This document shows positions 1 through 7,583 of a stretch of DNA of 64,000 nucleotides, piece after piece. The notes under the pieces are model-generated. The model ran no database searches. It saw nothing but the letters and a program-made list of their open reading frames with translations, and had not been told where the DNA came from. Source of the stretch: an uncultured Frankineae bacterium (lineage in GTDB: Bacteria; Actinomycetota; Actinomycetes; Mycobacteriales; SCTD01); NCBI GenBank assembly GCA_902805775.1, contig CADCUB010000131.1:972-64971 (forward strand), given 5' to 3'. Positions within the stretch are counted from its first letter, which is position 1; each line of letters begins with the position of its first letter. Position numbers and translations under genes: made by a program.

Positions 1-13
1 AGGACCGGCAGGC

Positions 14-604
14 TCACCCGGCCGAGCGGCCCGGGCCGCCGGACTGCTGACCCAGCAGCGTCTCGACGTCGGCCTCGCCGTCGCGGTAGCGCCGCGTGAT
101 CTCGGCGCCGCACTCGTCCATCACCCGCTGCACCTGGCGGCGCTTGGCCGACAGGTCCTGCTCCTCCTCCGACAGCGTCCGCAGGGCGTGCGCCAGCTCG
201 TCGGTGGAGCGCGCCGAGGTGTCGGACAGGTCGACGTCGGCGACCAGGGCCTCGACGTAGCGGCGGTGGCTGTCGGCGCGCGACGGCTCCATGGTGGTGT
301 GGCGACCCAGGCCGCGGGCCGGCGCGCGCGGCTCGTCCGCCAGGATGGCGGCCAGCCCCTGCACCAGGTCCTGGCTGCCGGTGCCGTCGCGCCGGTTGAG
401 CTCGGCGCGCAGGATGTCCAGCCGGCCCTGCACGATGCGGCGCAGGTAGGACAGGTCGACCTCCTCCTGCTCGGCCTCCGCGCGCAGCGTGCGCACCTCC
501 GGCAGTGGCCGGCCCTGCAGACCGGCCAGGAAGTCCTCGGCCAGGACCCGGTCGATGCGCCGGTTGCCGGGACGGGGGGTCGCCGGGATGCCCTCGACGC
601 TCAC
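14..604 (-). CDS. rsiG: RsiG-like anti-sigma factor (predicted c-di-GMP binding)
   Basis: ORF track 14..637 (-). The likelier start is GTG at 604, preceded by AAGGAG. It carries two E-x3-S-x2-R-x3-Q-x3-D motifs (EVDLSYLRRIVQGRLD and EQDLSAKRRQVQRVMD) on predicted helices. Confidence 0.6.
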   Translation of the reverse strand: MSVEGIPATPRPGNRRIDRVLAEDFLAGLQGRPLPEVRTLRAEAEQEEVDLSYLRRIVQGRLDILRAELNRRDGTGSQDLVQGLAAILADEPRAPARGLGRHTTMEPSRADSHRRYVEALVADVDLSDTSARSTDELAHALRTLSEEEQDLSAKRRQVQRVMDECGAEITRRYRDGEADVETLLGQQSGGPGRSAG

Positions 605-667
605 GCGGTGCTCCTTCGCAGTCGTGCTCCTGTGCACATCGTCGCAGATGTCGTCACGGTGCGAGGA

Positions 668-1627
668 CTACCGGTGACGGAGCAGGCTCTCCCGCGCCGC
701 GGCTGCCGCCCGCGCCGGCGAGGCGGGCAGCGCGAAGGCCGGCTCGTCGTCGACGCGCGCGGGGACCGGGCCGGCGAGCAGCTCCGCGCCGTCGGTCACC
801 GTCCGCTTGACCAGGGCCAGCGCCAGCGGGCCGAGCTCGTGGTGGCGCACGGCCGTGCCCACCCGGCCGACCGTGCGGCCGTCGAGCACGACGTCGTCCC
901 CGGTCGCCGGCAGCTCGCTGTCGGAGCCGTCGAGGTGCAGCAGGACCAGCCGGCGGGGCGGGCGCCCGAGGTTGTGCACCCGGGCGACGGTCTCCTGCCC
1001 CCGGTAGCAGCCCTTGTCCAGGTGGACGGCGGTGCTGAGCCAGCCCACCTCGTGCGGCAGCGTGCGGTGGTCGGTGTCGAGCCCCAGGCGCGGAGTGCGT
1101 GCGGCGACGCGCAGCGCCTCGTGCGCGGCCGTCCCGGCCAGGACGCCGTCGTACGCCGCGAGCTCCTCCCGCGGGACGAGCCGCAGTCCCGGGTCGGCGA
1201 CGACCGCCCAGGTCTCGCTGACGTCGGTGACGTCCACCCGCAGGAGGAACTGCATCCGGCGCAGGAACGCGACCAGCGCGTCCGCCGTGCCCGGCTCGAC
1301 GTGTGCCAGCACCGCCTCGCCGTCGTCGACCAGGTGGAGGTGGTGCTCGACGTGGCCGTGGGGCGACAGGACCAGGGCCTGCGTCTCGCGGCCGGGCTGC
1401 AGGTCGGTGAGCGACTGGGTCAGCAGGCTGTGCAGCCAGGTCAGGCGGTCGGGCCCGGCGATCCGCAGGACCGGCCGGTGCGACAGGTCGACCCGCGCGA
1501 GCCCGCGCTCCAGGCTGCGCTGCTCGGCGTACGGGTCGCCGTAGTGGGCCGCGACGCCGGCATCGGGGGCGTCGGCCGGGACGGCTCCGGGGCGGCTCAG
1601 CAGGGCACTCGCGGGCACGGCGTTCAC
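668..1627 (-). CDS. ygfZ: YgfZ/GcvT-like folate-binding protein
   Basis: C-terminal 319 aa of ORF 668..2290. It has the motifs DLSHRPVLRIAGPDRLTWLHSL and KGCYRGQE typical of YgfZ. GTG at 1627 is the only plausible start downstream of the fur stop. Confidence 0.7.
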   Translation of the reverse strand: MNAVPASALLSRPGAVPADAPDAGVAAHYGDPYAEQRSLERGLARVDLSHRPVLRIAGPDRLTWLHSLLTQSLTDLQPGRETQALVLSPHGHVEHHLHLVDDGEAVLAHVEPGTADALVAFLRRMQFLLRVDVTDVSETWAVVADPGLRLVPREELAAYDGVLAGTAAHEALRVAARTPRLGLDTDHRTLPHEVGWLSTAVHLDKGCYRGQETVARVHNLGRPPRRLVLLHLDGSDSELPATGDDVVLDGRTVGRVGTAVRHHELGPLALALVKRTVTDGAELLAGPVPARVDDEPAFALPASPARAAAAARESLLRHR

Positions 1628-1677
1628 GTCGGGAGCAAGGCTGACGCGCGCCGGCCGATTCCCGCCGGCGGTCCGGC

Positions 1678-2145
1678 TCAGCCGTGCGCGCCGTCGAGCT
1701 CGGCGGCACACAGCCGGCAGCGGCCGAACACGGCGAAGTGGCCGACGTCGACGTGGAAGCCGTGCGAGGCCGCGAGCTGCTCGACGACGGGCGTGACGAC
1801 CTCCGGTGAGGCCTCCGAGATCGCGCCGCAGTCCCGGCAGACCAGGTGCACGTGGTCGTCGTCGGTGCTGATCGAGTAGGTGGGGGCGCCGTGCCCGAGG
1901 TGGGTGTGGCGGACCAGCCCGAGCTGCTCGAGCAGCTCGAGCGTGCGGTAGACGGTGCTGATGTTGACGCCGGTGGCGACCTGCCGCACCGCCGTGGCGA
2001 GCTCCTCGGGGGTGGCGTGGCCGAGCTCCCCGACGGCCCGCAGCACCAGCTGGCGCTGCGGCGTGAGGCGGTAGCCCCCCGCCCGCAGGCGGTCCTGCAG
2101 TCCGAGCGCGTCCCCGAGCGCGTCGCCCGGCACGGTGCGGCCCAT
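1678..2145 (-). CDS. Fur family transcriptional regulator (Nur-like)
   Basis: ORF 1678..2274, with an internal ATG at 2145. It has the motifs GYRLTPQRQLVL, NISTVYRTLELLE, HLGHGAPTY, HLVCRDCG and FGRCRLC. From memory it most resembles the Streptomyces nickel regulator Nur. Confidence 0.8.
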   Translation of the reverse strand: MGRTVPGDALGDALGLQDRLRAGGYRLTPQRQLVLRAVGELGHATPEELATAVRQVATGVNISTVYRTLELLEQLGLVRHTHLGHGAPTYSISTDDDHVHLVCRDCGAISEASPEVVTPVVEQLAASHGFHVDVGHFAVFGRCRLCAAELDGAHG

Positions 2146-2486
2146 GGCGCGGACAGTAGCCGCCACCGCCCCGCTCAACCGCCCGACCCGACCGCCCGAC
2201 CCGACCGGGCGGGGACCACCGCCCGGGGGGACGGCGCGGTCCGGATTGCGGGGTGACAGGGCGCCGGAGCTCACCTACGCTCGACGGCACACTGGAGAGG
2301 AGGTGGTCCGAACACTTGAGTACCCATCGGACGAGTGAGGTGGCTGTCCGCTAGGACGCCCGCGAAGGACTGCAGCTGAGATCCTCGCGCGCCTCCGTGG
2401 GCGTTCGGCGAATCCCAGACAGGCACCCGACCCCGAGCCGCCGGCCGTGTCCAGCCGGCCCTCCTGCTCCGCAGGAGGAAGTGGCT

Positions 2487-2536
2487 CGGGGTCCGCCGTG
2501 TCCGGGGTCCGGCGTGTCCGGGTCCGGCGCTCCGGA
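2487..2536. repeat. imperfect 16-bp tandem repeat (about 3 copies)
   Basis: GGGGTCCGCCGTGTCC / GGGGTCCGGCGTGTCC / GGGTCCGGCGCTCC, read directly in intergenic DNA. Confidence 0.6.
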
Positions 2537-2579
2537 CCACCTCCGCGTCCGCACGACCCGGCCCGGCCGACCCTGGCCG

Positions 2580-3098
2580 CTAGGAGAGCTGGCCCTCCAC
2601 GGGCGAGAGCCGGGCCGACAGGTGCGGCTGCAGCGGCTGGCCGACCGCCGCGAGGTCGATCGCGTAGGCCAGGTCGGTGTCCTCGACGATGCCGTAGAGC
2701 CGGTGCAGCGCCGAGACCTCCTTGGCGGTCTCCGTGCGGGCGACGAGGTCGCTGCGCAGCTCGACCTTGCGGAAGGCCACCTCGCCGACGTAGACCTCGA
2801 CGATGCCGGTGGGGTGCGCGAGCATCACCTCGACGTCGCGGGGCTCGCGGCCCGGCCGCCACCAGCCCGCCTCCCGCGCGCTCTGGCGCAGGCGGTTGCC
2901 GTCCTCGTCGAGGATCCAGGTGCGGCTGGAGTACTCCAGGAACGGGCGCCCGTCGTGCGCGAAGACGACCTCCTGCTCGTAGCGGCCGTCCTCGATCGTC
3001 GGGTAGCCGACGACGCCCAGCCCGCGCCAGGTGCCGACCAGGAACGACAGCGGCGCGAGCCGCTCGTGCAGCGCGGGGCCGGCGGAGGGGGCCTGCAC
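2580..3098 (-). CDS. nitrobindin / FABP-like protein (DUF1794)
   Basis: ORF 2580..3149. It has LSFLVGTWRGLG and a lipocalin-like layout as in Rv0813c-type nitrobindins. GTG at 3098 lies directly after the stop of the upstream micro-ORF. Confidence 0.7.
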   Translation of the reverse strand: MQAPSAGPALHERLAPLSFLVGTWRGLGVVGYPTIEDGRYEQEVVFAHDGRPFLEYSSRTWILDEDGNRLRQSAREAGWWRPGREPRDVEVMLAHPTGIVEVYVGEVAFRKVELRSDLVARTETAKEVSALHRLYGIVEDTDLAYAIDLAAVGQPLQPHLSARLSPVEGQLS

Positions 3099-3100
3099 CG

Positions 3101-3202
3101 CTAGCGCTGGCCCTCGTAGAGCTTGTAGACCACGTAGACGGCGAACCACCCGATGAACAGGAACGCCAGCACGAGGATCCCGGTGTAGACGATCTCGAGC
3201 AC
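3101..3202 (-). CDS. 33-aa hydrophobic small membrane protein
   Basis: Not in the ORF track because it is under 60 aa. A GTG start is preceded by GGAAGG. Translation is VLEIVYTGILVLAFLFIGWFAVYVVYKLYEGQR, with high GC3 and one predicted TM helix. Confidence 0.4.
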   Translation of the reverse strand: MLEIVYTGILVLAFLFIGWFAVYVVYKLYEGQR

Positions 3203-3337
3203 GAGAGGCCTTCCTGAACGGCGGGGTCGAGGCCCTGATCGTACCCAGCCGTGCCGCAGGCCCGGTCCGTGACGGACCGGGCCTGCGGCGACGACGGGGA
3301 CCGGTCCGGAGAAGCGGACGGGTCGTGGTCGACCGGA

Positions 3338-3637
3338 CTAGTCGGGGACGACGACCTGCGCCTCGACGGCACTGCCCTGCTCGGCGGTCACCGCGGCGTC
3401 GACCGAGCCGCCCCGGTAGAGCGTGCGCAGCGTCCAGTCCCCGGCCGCCGCGTAGAACCGGAAGTAGCCGGTGGCCGAGCTCTGCACCTCAGCGGTGAAC
3501 TCGCCGGTGCTGTCGAGGAGCCGGACGTAGGCGCCGGCCAGCGCCGAGCCGTCGCGGGTCACGAACCCGTGCACGACGGCCTCGCGGGGGCTGACCTCCA
3601 GCGCCGGGAGCGTGTCCTGGTCAGGCGCGCCGCACAT
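3338..3637 (-). CDS. DUF1416 domain protein (SseC-like)
   Basis: The last 99 aa of ORF 3338..4126 start at MCGAPDQD. The ATG overlaps the rhodanese TGA by 1 nt (TGATG). DUF1416 is the usual downstream partner of actinobacterial rhodanese. Confidence 0.75.
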   Translation of the reverse strand: MCGAPDQDTLPALEVSPREAVVHGFVTRDGSALAGAYVRLLDSTGEFTAEVQSSATGYFRFYAAAGDWTLRTLYRGGSVDAAVTAEQGSAVEAQVVVPD

Positions 3638-4470
3638 CAGACGTCCTTCTGGACAGGCACGCCGACCAGCGAGCCGTACTCGGCCCACGAGCCGTCGTAG
3701 TTCTTCACGTCGGTCTTGCCGAGCAGCTCGTGCAGCACGAACCACGTGTGCGACGAGCGCTCCCCGATCCGGCAGTAGGCGATGGTCGGGCGGCTGTCGT
3801 CGAAGCCCTGCTCGCCGTAGAGCTTGCTGAGCTCGTCGTCGGAGCGGAAGGTGCCGTCGTCGGCGGCCGCCTTGCTCCACGGGATGTTGATGGCGGTCGG
3901 CACGTGCCCGGCGCGCTGCGACTGCTCCTGCGGCAGGTGGGCCGGGGCCTTGATCTTGCCGCTGAACTCGTCGGGGCTGCGCACGTCGACGAGGTTCTTC
4001 GACCCGATCGAGGCGACGACCTCGTCGCGGAACGCGCGGATCGACAGGTCGGGGTCCGACGCGACGTAGGACGTCGTCGGGCGCTCCGGCACGTCCTTCA
4101 CGAGCTCGCGGCCGTCGAGCTCCCACTTCTTGCGCCCGCCGTCGAGCAGCTTGACCTCGTCGTGGCCGTACAGCTTGAACTGCCAGTAGGCGTAGGCGGC
4201 GAACCAGTTGTTGTTGCCGCCGTAGAGCACGACGGTGTCGTCGTTGCCGATGCCCTTGCGGCTCATCAGCGCGGAGAAGTCGTCGCGGTCGATCAGGTCG
4301 CGGGCCGCCGGCTGCTGCAGCTCGGTGGTCCAGTCGAGGCGGACGGCGTTCTTGATGTGGCCGCCGTCGTAGGCGGACACGTCCTCGTCGACCTCGACGA
4401 AGACGACCCCCGGGTCGTCCAGGTGGGCCTCGGCCCAGTCGGCGTCGACGAGCACGTCAGCGCGGCTCAT
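3637..4470 (-). CDS. thiosulfate sulfurtransferase (two-domain rhodanese, SseA/CysA type)
   Basis: ORF 3637..4470 with the active-site loop YCRIGERSSH. GAAGGAG lies upstream of the ATG. Confidence 0.9.
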   Translation of the reverse strand: MSRADVLVDADWAEAHLDDPGVVFVEVDEDVSAYDGGHIKNAVRLDWTTELQQPAARDLIDRDDFSALMSRKGIGNDDTVVLYGGNNNWFAAYAYWQFKLYGHDEVKLLDGGRKKWELDGRELVKDVPERPTTSYVASDPDLSIRAFRDEVVASIGSKNLVDVRSPDEFSGKIKAPAHLPQEQSQRAGHVPTAINIPWSKAAADDGTFRSDDELSKLYGEQGFDDSRPTIAYCRIGERSSHTWFVLHELLGKTDVKNYDGSWAEYGSLVGVPVQKDV

Positions 4471-4583
4471 GCGTGAGCTCCTTCTGCAGAGGGTGGGAGG
4501 TCGGGTCGAACGGGGGCCCTGGGCGGGCGGGCGCGGTCAGCGCGCGGAGCGGTCCTGGGCAGCCCGGAGGGCGCGGGCCGGCC

Positions 4584-4670
4584 TCAGGCGGTCGGACACA
4601 GGCAGGTGCCCGTGCGGCAGAAGTCCACGGCGCGGCGCTTGACGAGCGCGACGACGACGCAGGGCTGCAT
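4584..4670 (-). CDS. candidate 28-aa Cys-rich leader peptide
   Basis: Hand-translated as MQPCVVVALVKRRAVDFCRTGTCLCPTA. 27 of 28 codons end in G/C. It lies 113 nt upstream of the rhodanese start. Confidence 0.4.
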   Translation of the reverse strand: MQPCVVVALVKRRAVDFCRTGTCLCPTA

Positions 4671-4689
4671 GCCGGGAAGGGTAGCGCCC

Positions 4690-5403
4690 CTAGCGCGAGG
4701 ACAGGACCGCACCGTCGGACTGCGCCGTGACGGCGACCCCGTCGGCCCGCACCTGCACGCCCGACACGCGCAGCCCGTACGGCAGGCCGCCGAGGTCGAG
4801 CCGCACGTCGAAGCGGTTGCGCAGCGCTCGGGTCAGCAGCCGGTCGACGAACCGGCTGCCCACGTCGAAGGACTGCGCGGTGACCACCAGGTCCTCGCCG
4901 TCGAGCCGCACCCGCGACACCGCGGAGGCGGCGAGGTCGCGGCCGAGCACCCGCACGGTGCCGGTCAGCCGGAGCCGGTCCCCCGCGGGCGAGGCGGTGA
5001 CCCGCCCGCCGTACGCCCTGCGGGAGAAGGTGTCGTACGGCAGCACGGTCTCGGCGTCGATGCGGTCGACCGGCACCGACGCGACCCCGCCGGTCAGCGC
5101 CTCCGACAGCGGCACCCGGGCCCCTCGCAGGGTCGCGGTGAAGCTGCGCAGGCCCACCCGGCTCGTCCCGCCCAGCGGCACGTCCCGGGCGCTGACCCGC
5201 ACGCGGTCGTAGCGCCCGGCCAGCGCCTGCGTCAGGAACGGGATGCCCTCGACGGCGACGTCGGGCGGTGCCGGCAGGCCGGCCTGCTGCTGCAGCCGCT
5301 GCGCGAGGGCGCGCTCGGCGAGGCCGGCGGCCACCCGGTCGGCTCCGGCGGTGAGCGTCAGCAGCAGGAGCAGGACCGCACCGGCGGCGGGCAGCCGCCT
5401 CAG
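4690..5403 (-). CDS. DUF2993 (LmeA-like) membrane-anchored protein
   Basis: ORF 4690..5334. The frame stays open upstream and encodes RRLPAAGAVLLLLLTLTAG, a TM anchor typical of this family. The only start-like codon there is CTG at 5403; the canonical GTG at 5334 would remove the anchor. Confidence 0.6.
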   Translation of the reverse strand: MRRLPAAGAVLLLLLTLTAGADRVAAGLAERALAQRLQQQAGLPAPPDVAVEGIPFLTQALAGRYDRVRVSARDVPLGGTSRVGLRSFTATLRGARVPLSEALTGGVASVPVDRIDAETVLPYDTFSRRAYGGRVTASPAGDRLRLTGTVRVLGRDLAASAVSRVRLDGEDLVVTAQSFDVGSRFVDRLLTRALRNRFDVRLDLGGLPYGLRVSGVQVRADGVAVTAQSDGAVLSSR

Positions 5404-6413
5404 GCCGGGACCAGCCGTGCGGCGAGCAGCGCCACCGGACCGAGCAGGGCGTACGGCAGCAGCACCGCGGCGGGGGGCAGTGCGGTCACGCGGCGGGCGT
5501 CGCGGGCGCCGGCGCGCAGCTCGGCGCCGCCGAGGTCGACGGCCAGGTCGGCGGTCACGACCGTGAGGGCGACGGCGAGCGCCACCAGCACCGCCGCCGC
5601 CGGCGACAGGCTGAGCGGCGCTCGGTCGTCGAGCAGCAGCGCGACCCCTGGGGCGGCAAGCAGGCTCAGCACCAGCCCGGGCCAGCCGCGGGTGGCGCCG
5701 ACGACGAGCGCCGGTCGGGGCAGCAGCGCGTCACCGACGCGGCCGACCAGCAGCACTCCCGCGGCCACGGTCAGCGCCAGCCGCAGGATCTCGCCGCCGT
5801 CGGTCAGGCGCAGGGCGACCAGGCAGGCCGCGGACGCGACGACCACGAGTGCCAGCAGCGTGTCGGCGAGCGACTCGGTGACCCGGCTCCGCCCGCGACG
5901 GACGAGCTGGTGCAGCAGCGCCAGGACCAGCCCCAGGCCGACGACGCCCGCCAGCCGGTCGACGCCGCCGTCGCCGGTGAGCGCGACGACGTCGGCGGCG
6001 AGGGCGGCGGCCGACACGACGAGCAGGCTCCCGCGCGGCGCGGGCGCGTCGAGCAGGGCGAGCAGCGCGGCGACGAGGCCGACCTGCAGAGCCAGGACGG
6101 CGGCGGCCAGCACGACCGGGCCGCCGACCGACGCCAGCACGAGGGCCACGGCGGGCAGGGCGGCCAGCAGGCCCTGCACCAGCAGCGGCCGGCGAGGGGC
6201 GGGAGCGGGCCACGCGGGATCGGGGTCGTGGTCCTCCCGGACCGCCTCGACCACCGCCGCGGCGACCGGGGGCGGGGGGGTCGTGGCGTCCGAGGTGCGC
6301 GTGCGTGACCAGTCGCGGGCCCCCGGGCCGACGGGCGCCGCGGGCGGCACGCTCGACGGGCGCCCTGCTGGCCCGTCCGAGGAGCGGGAGCCCGCGTCGC
6401 GCGTCACGGGCAC
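5400..6413 (-). CDS. polytopic membrane protein, unknown function
   Basis: The 3' third of the artefactual ORF 5400..7478 has multiple Ala/Leu/Val-rich TM segments. Start GTG is at 6413 or 6407 (uncertain). Confidence 0.5.
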   Translation of the reverse strand: MPVTRDAGSRSSDGPAGRPSSVPPAAPVGPGARDWSRTRTSDATTPPPPVAAAVVEAVREDHDPDPAWPAPAPRRPLLVQGLLAALPAVALVLASVGGPVVLAAAVLALQVGLVAALLALLDAPAPRGSLLVVSAAALAADVVALTGDGGVDRLAGVVGLGLVLALLHQLVRRGRSRVTESLADTLLALVVVASAACLVALRLTDGGEILRLALTVAAGVLLVGRVGDALLPRPALVVGATRGWPGLVLSLLAAPGVALLLDDRAPLSLSPAAAVLVALAVALTVVTADLAVDLGGAELRAGARDARRVTALPPAAVLLPYALLGPVALLAARLVPA

Positions 6414-6448
6414 GATCGTGCCAGAACAGGCCGCCCCGACCCGCGGGC

Positions 6449-6697
6449 TCAGCCGCCGGCGAAGGGCGGCAGCACGTCGACCAGGCCCGCGCCGGCCAGG
6501 GTGACCTCGCCGTGGTCGCGCGCGCCCACGGGCCGGCCGTCGACGACGAACGAGCAGACGCCGAGCACCTGCCCGAAGCGGTCGTCGCGGGCGGCGCGGG
6601 CCTGCTGCAGCGCCTCGGCGAGCGTCGCTGCGGAGGTCTGCTCCTCCGCGACGCCCGCCGCTGCCCGCGCGGCGGCCCAGTAGCGCAGTGTCGTCAC
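6449..6697 (-). CDS. MoaD/ThiS family sulfur-carrier protein
   Basis: 82 aa ending in PPFAGG. The C-terminal Gly-Gly and beta-grasp-size length fit this family. Confidence 0.7.
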   Translation of the reverse strand: MTTLRYWAAARAAAGVAEEQTSAATLAEALQQARAARDDRFGQVLGVCSFVVDGRPVGARDHGEVTLAGAGLVDVLPPFAGG

Positions 6698-6833
6698 CCG
6701 GCGATCCTCCCACTCCGCGTCCGGGAGCGGACCGTGCGTTGCGCTGGGCTATCCTCTGGGTCAGGTCCACGAGGCAACGGCGCCTCTCCCAGTCGTCCGG
6801 GGCGCGCCCTCGGACCTGCCGAGGAGGCGCCGC

Positions 6834-7553
6834 ATGGCGACCCTGCTGCTGCTCACCAACGCGATGACGCCGTCCGCCGAGGTGCTGCCCGCCCTGAGCC
6901 TGCTCGGCCACACCGTCCGGGTGGCGCCCCTCGAGGTCGCGGCACTGCTGTCGGCGCCCCAGCACGAGGCAGTCCTCGTCGACGCCCGCCGTGACCTCGC
7001 CGGCGCCCGGTCGGTCTGCCGCCTGCTGCGGACCACCGGCGTCACGGCGCCGCTGTTCGCCGTGCTCACCGAGGGCGGCCTGGTGGCGCTGACCGCCGAG
7101 TGGGGCGTCGACGACGTGCTGCTCGACACCGCCGGGCCGGCCGAGGTGGAGGCCCGCCTGCGCCTGGCGCTGGGCCGCAGGCAGGACGCCGCCGTGAGCG
7201 CCGACCCCGGCGTGGTCCGGGCGGGCGAGCTGACCATCGACGAGGGCACCTACACCTGCCGGCTGCGCGGGCGGGTGCTCGACCTGACCTTCAAGGAGTT
7301 CGAGCTGCTCAAGCACCTCGCGCAGCACCCGGGCCGGGTCTACACCCGCGCCCAGCTGCTGCAGGAGGTCTGGGGCTACGACTACTTCGGGGGCACCCGG
7401 ACCGTCGACGTCCACGTCCGGCGGCTGCGGGCCAAGCTCGGGGCCGAGCACGAGCAGCTCATCGGCACCGTCCGCCACGTCGGCTACAAGTTCGTGACGC
7501 CGCCCATCCCGGCGCTGCCGGAGCAGCAGGACGTCCTGCTCCCCCAGGGCTGA
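6834..7553 (+). CDS. glnR: GlnR, orphan OmpR-family global nitrogen regulator
   Basis: [10 protein letters not shown]...[17 protein letters not shown]...[22 protein letters not shown] closely matches remembered Streptomyces and Mycobacterium GlnR. There is no adjacent kinase. Confidence 0.9.
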   Translation: MATLLLLTNAMTPSAEVLPALSLLGHTVRVAPLEVAALLSAPQHEAVLVDARRDLAGARSVCRLLRTTGVTAPLFAVLTEGGLVALTAEWGVDDVLLDTAGPAEVEARLRLALGRRQDAAVSADPGVVRAGELTIDEGTYTCRLRGRVLDLTFKEFELLKHLAQHPGRVYTRAQLLQEVWGYDYFGGTRTVDVHVRRLRAKLGAEHEQLIGTVRHVGYKFVTPPIPALPEQQDVLLPQG

Positions 7554-7583
7554 GCGACGGCCTTCGCGGGCGGTCCGGCGGGC

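Noticed and set aside
188-1879. A 563-aa plus-strand ORF overlapping the rsiG-like and ygfZ genes. Similar giant ORFs occur at 9669..13433 (-), 35482..39270 (+), 35762..38473 (-), 40621..43794 (-, 5' part), 41850..44252 (+), 47000..49468 (-) and 52199..54469 (-).
   Set aside because: These are shadow ORFs typical of very GC-rich DNA. Their translations are Arg/Ala/Pro/Gly-rich low-complexity strings with no motifs. Each lies opposite to or out of frame with a gene that has clear family signatures.
2312-2332. CTTGAGT half-site resembling the HspR HAIR operator.
   Set aside because: The second half-site after N7 (GGACGAG) does not match ACTCAAG, and there is no heat-shock gene nearby.
2305-2340. 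An 11-codon micro-ORF (VVRTLEYPSDE) preceded by a strong GGAGAGGAGG motif.
   Set aside because: Its codons (CGA, ACA, CTT) are atypical for this genome, and there is nothing for it to regulate downstream on that strand. The purine-rich motif may instead be part of an RNA structure.
2487-2536. Tandem repeats considered as a possible CRISPR array, here and at 7936-8040.
   Set aside because: The units are 12-16 bp and directly abutting, with no spacers, and only 2-3 copies are present. No cas genes are in the window.
5400-7478. A 692-aa minus-strand ORF spanning the membrane-protein gene, the MoaD-like gene region and glnR.
   Set aside because: Only the 3' third (to about 6413) looks like a real, TM-rich protein. 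The rest is antisense to glnR or out of frame with the MoaD-like gene.
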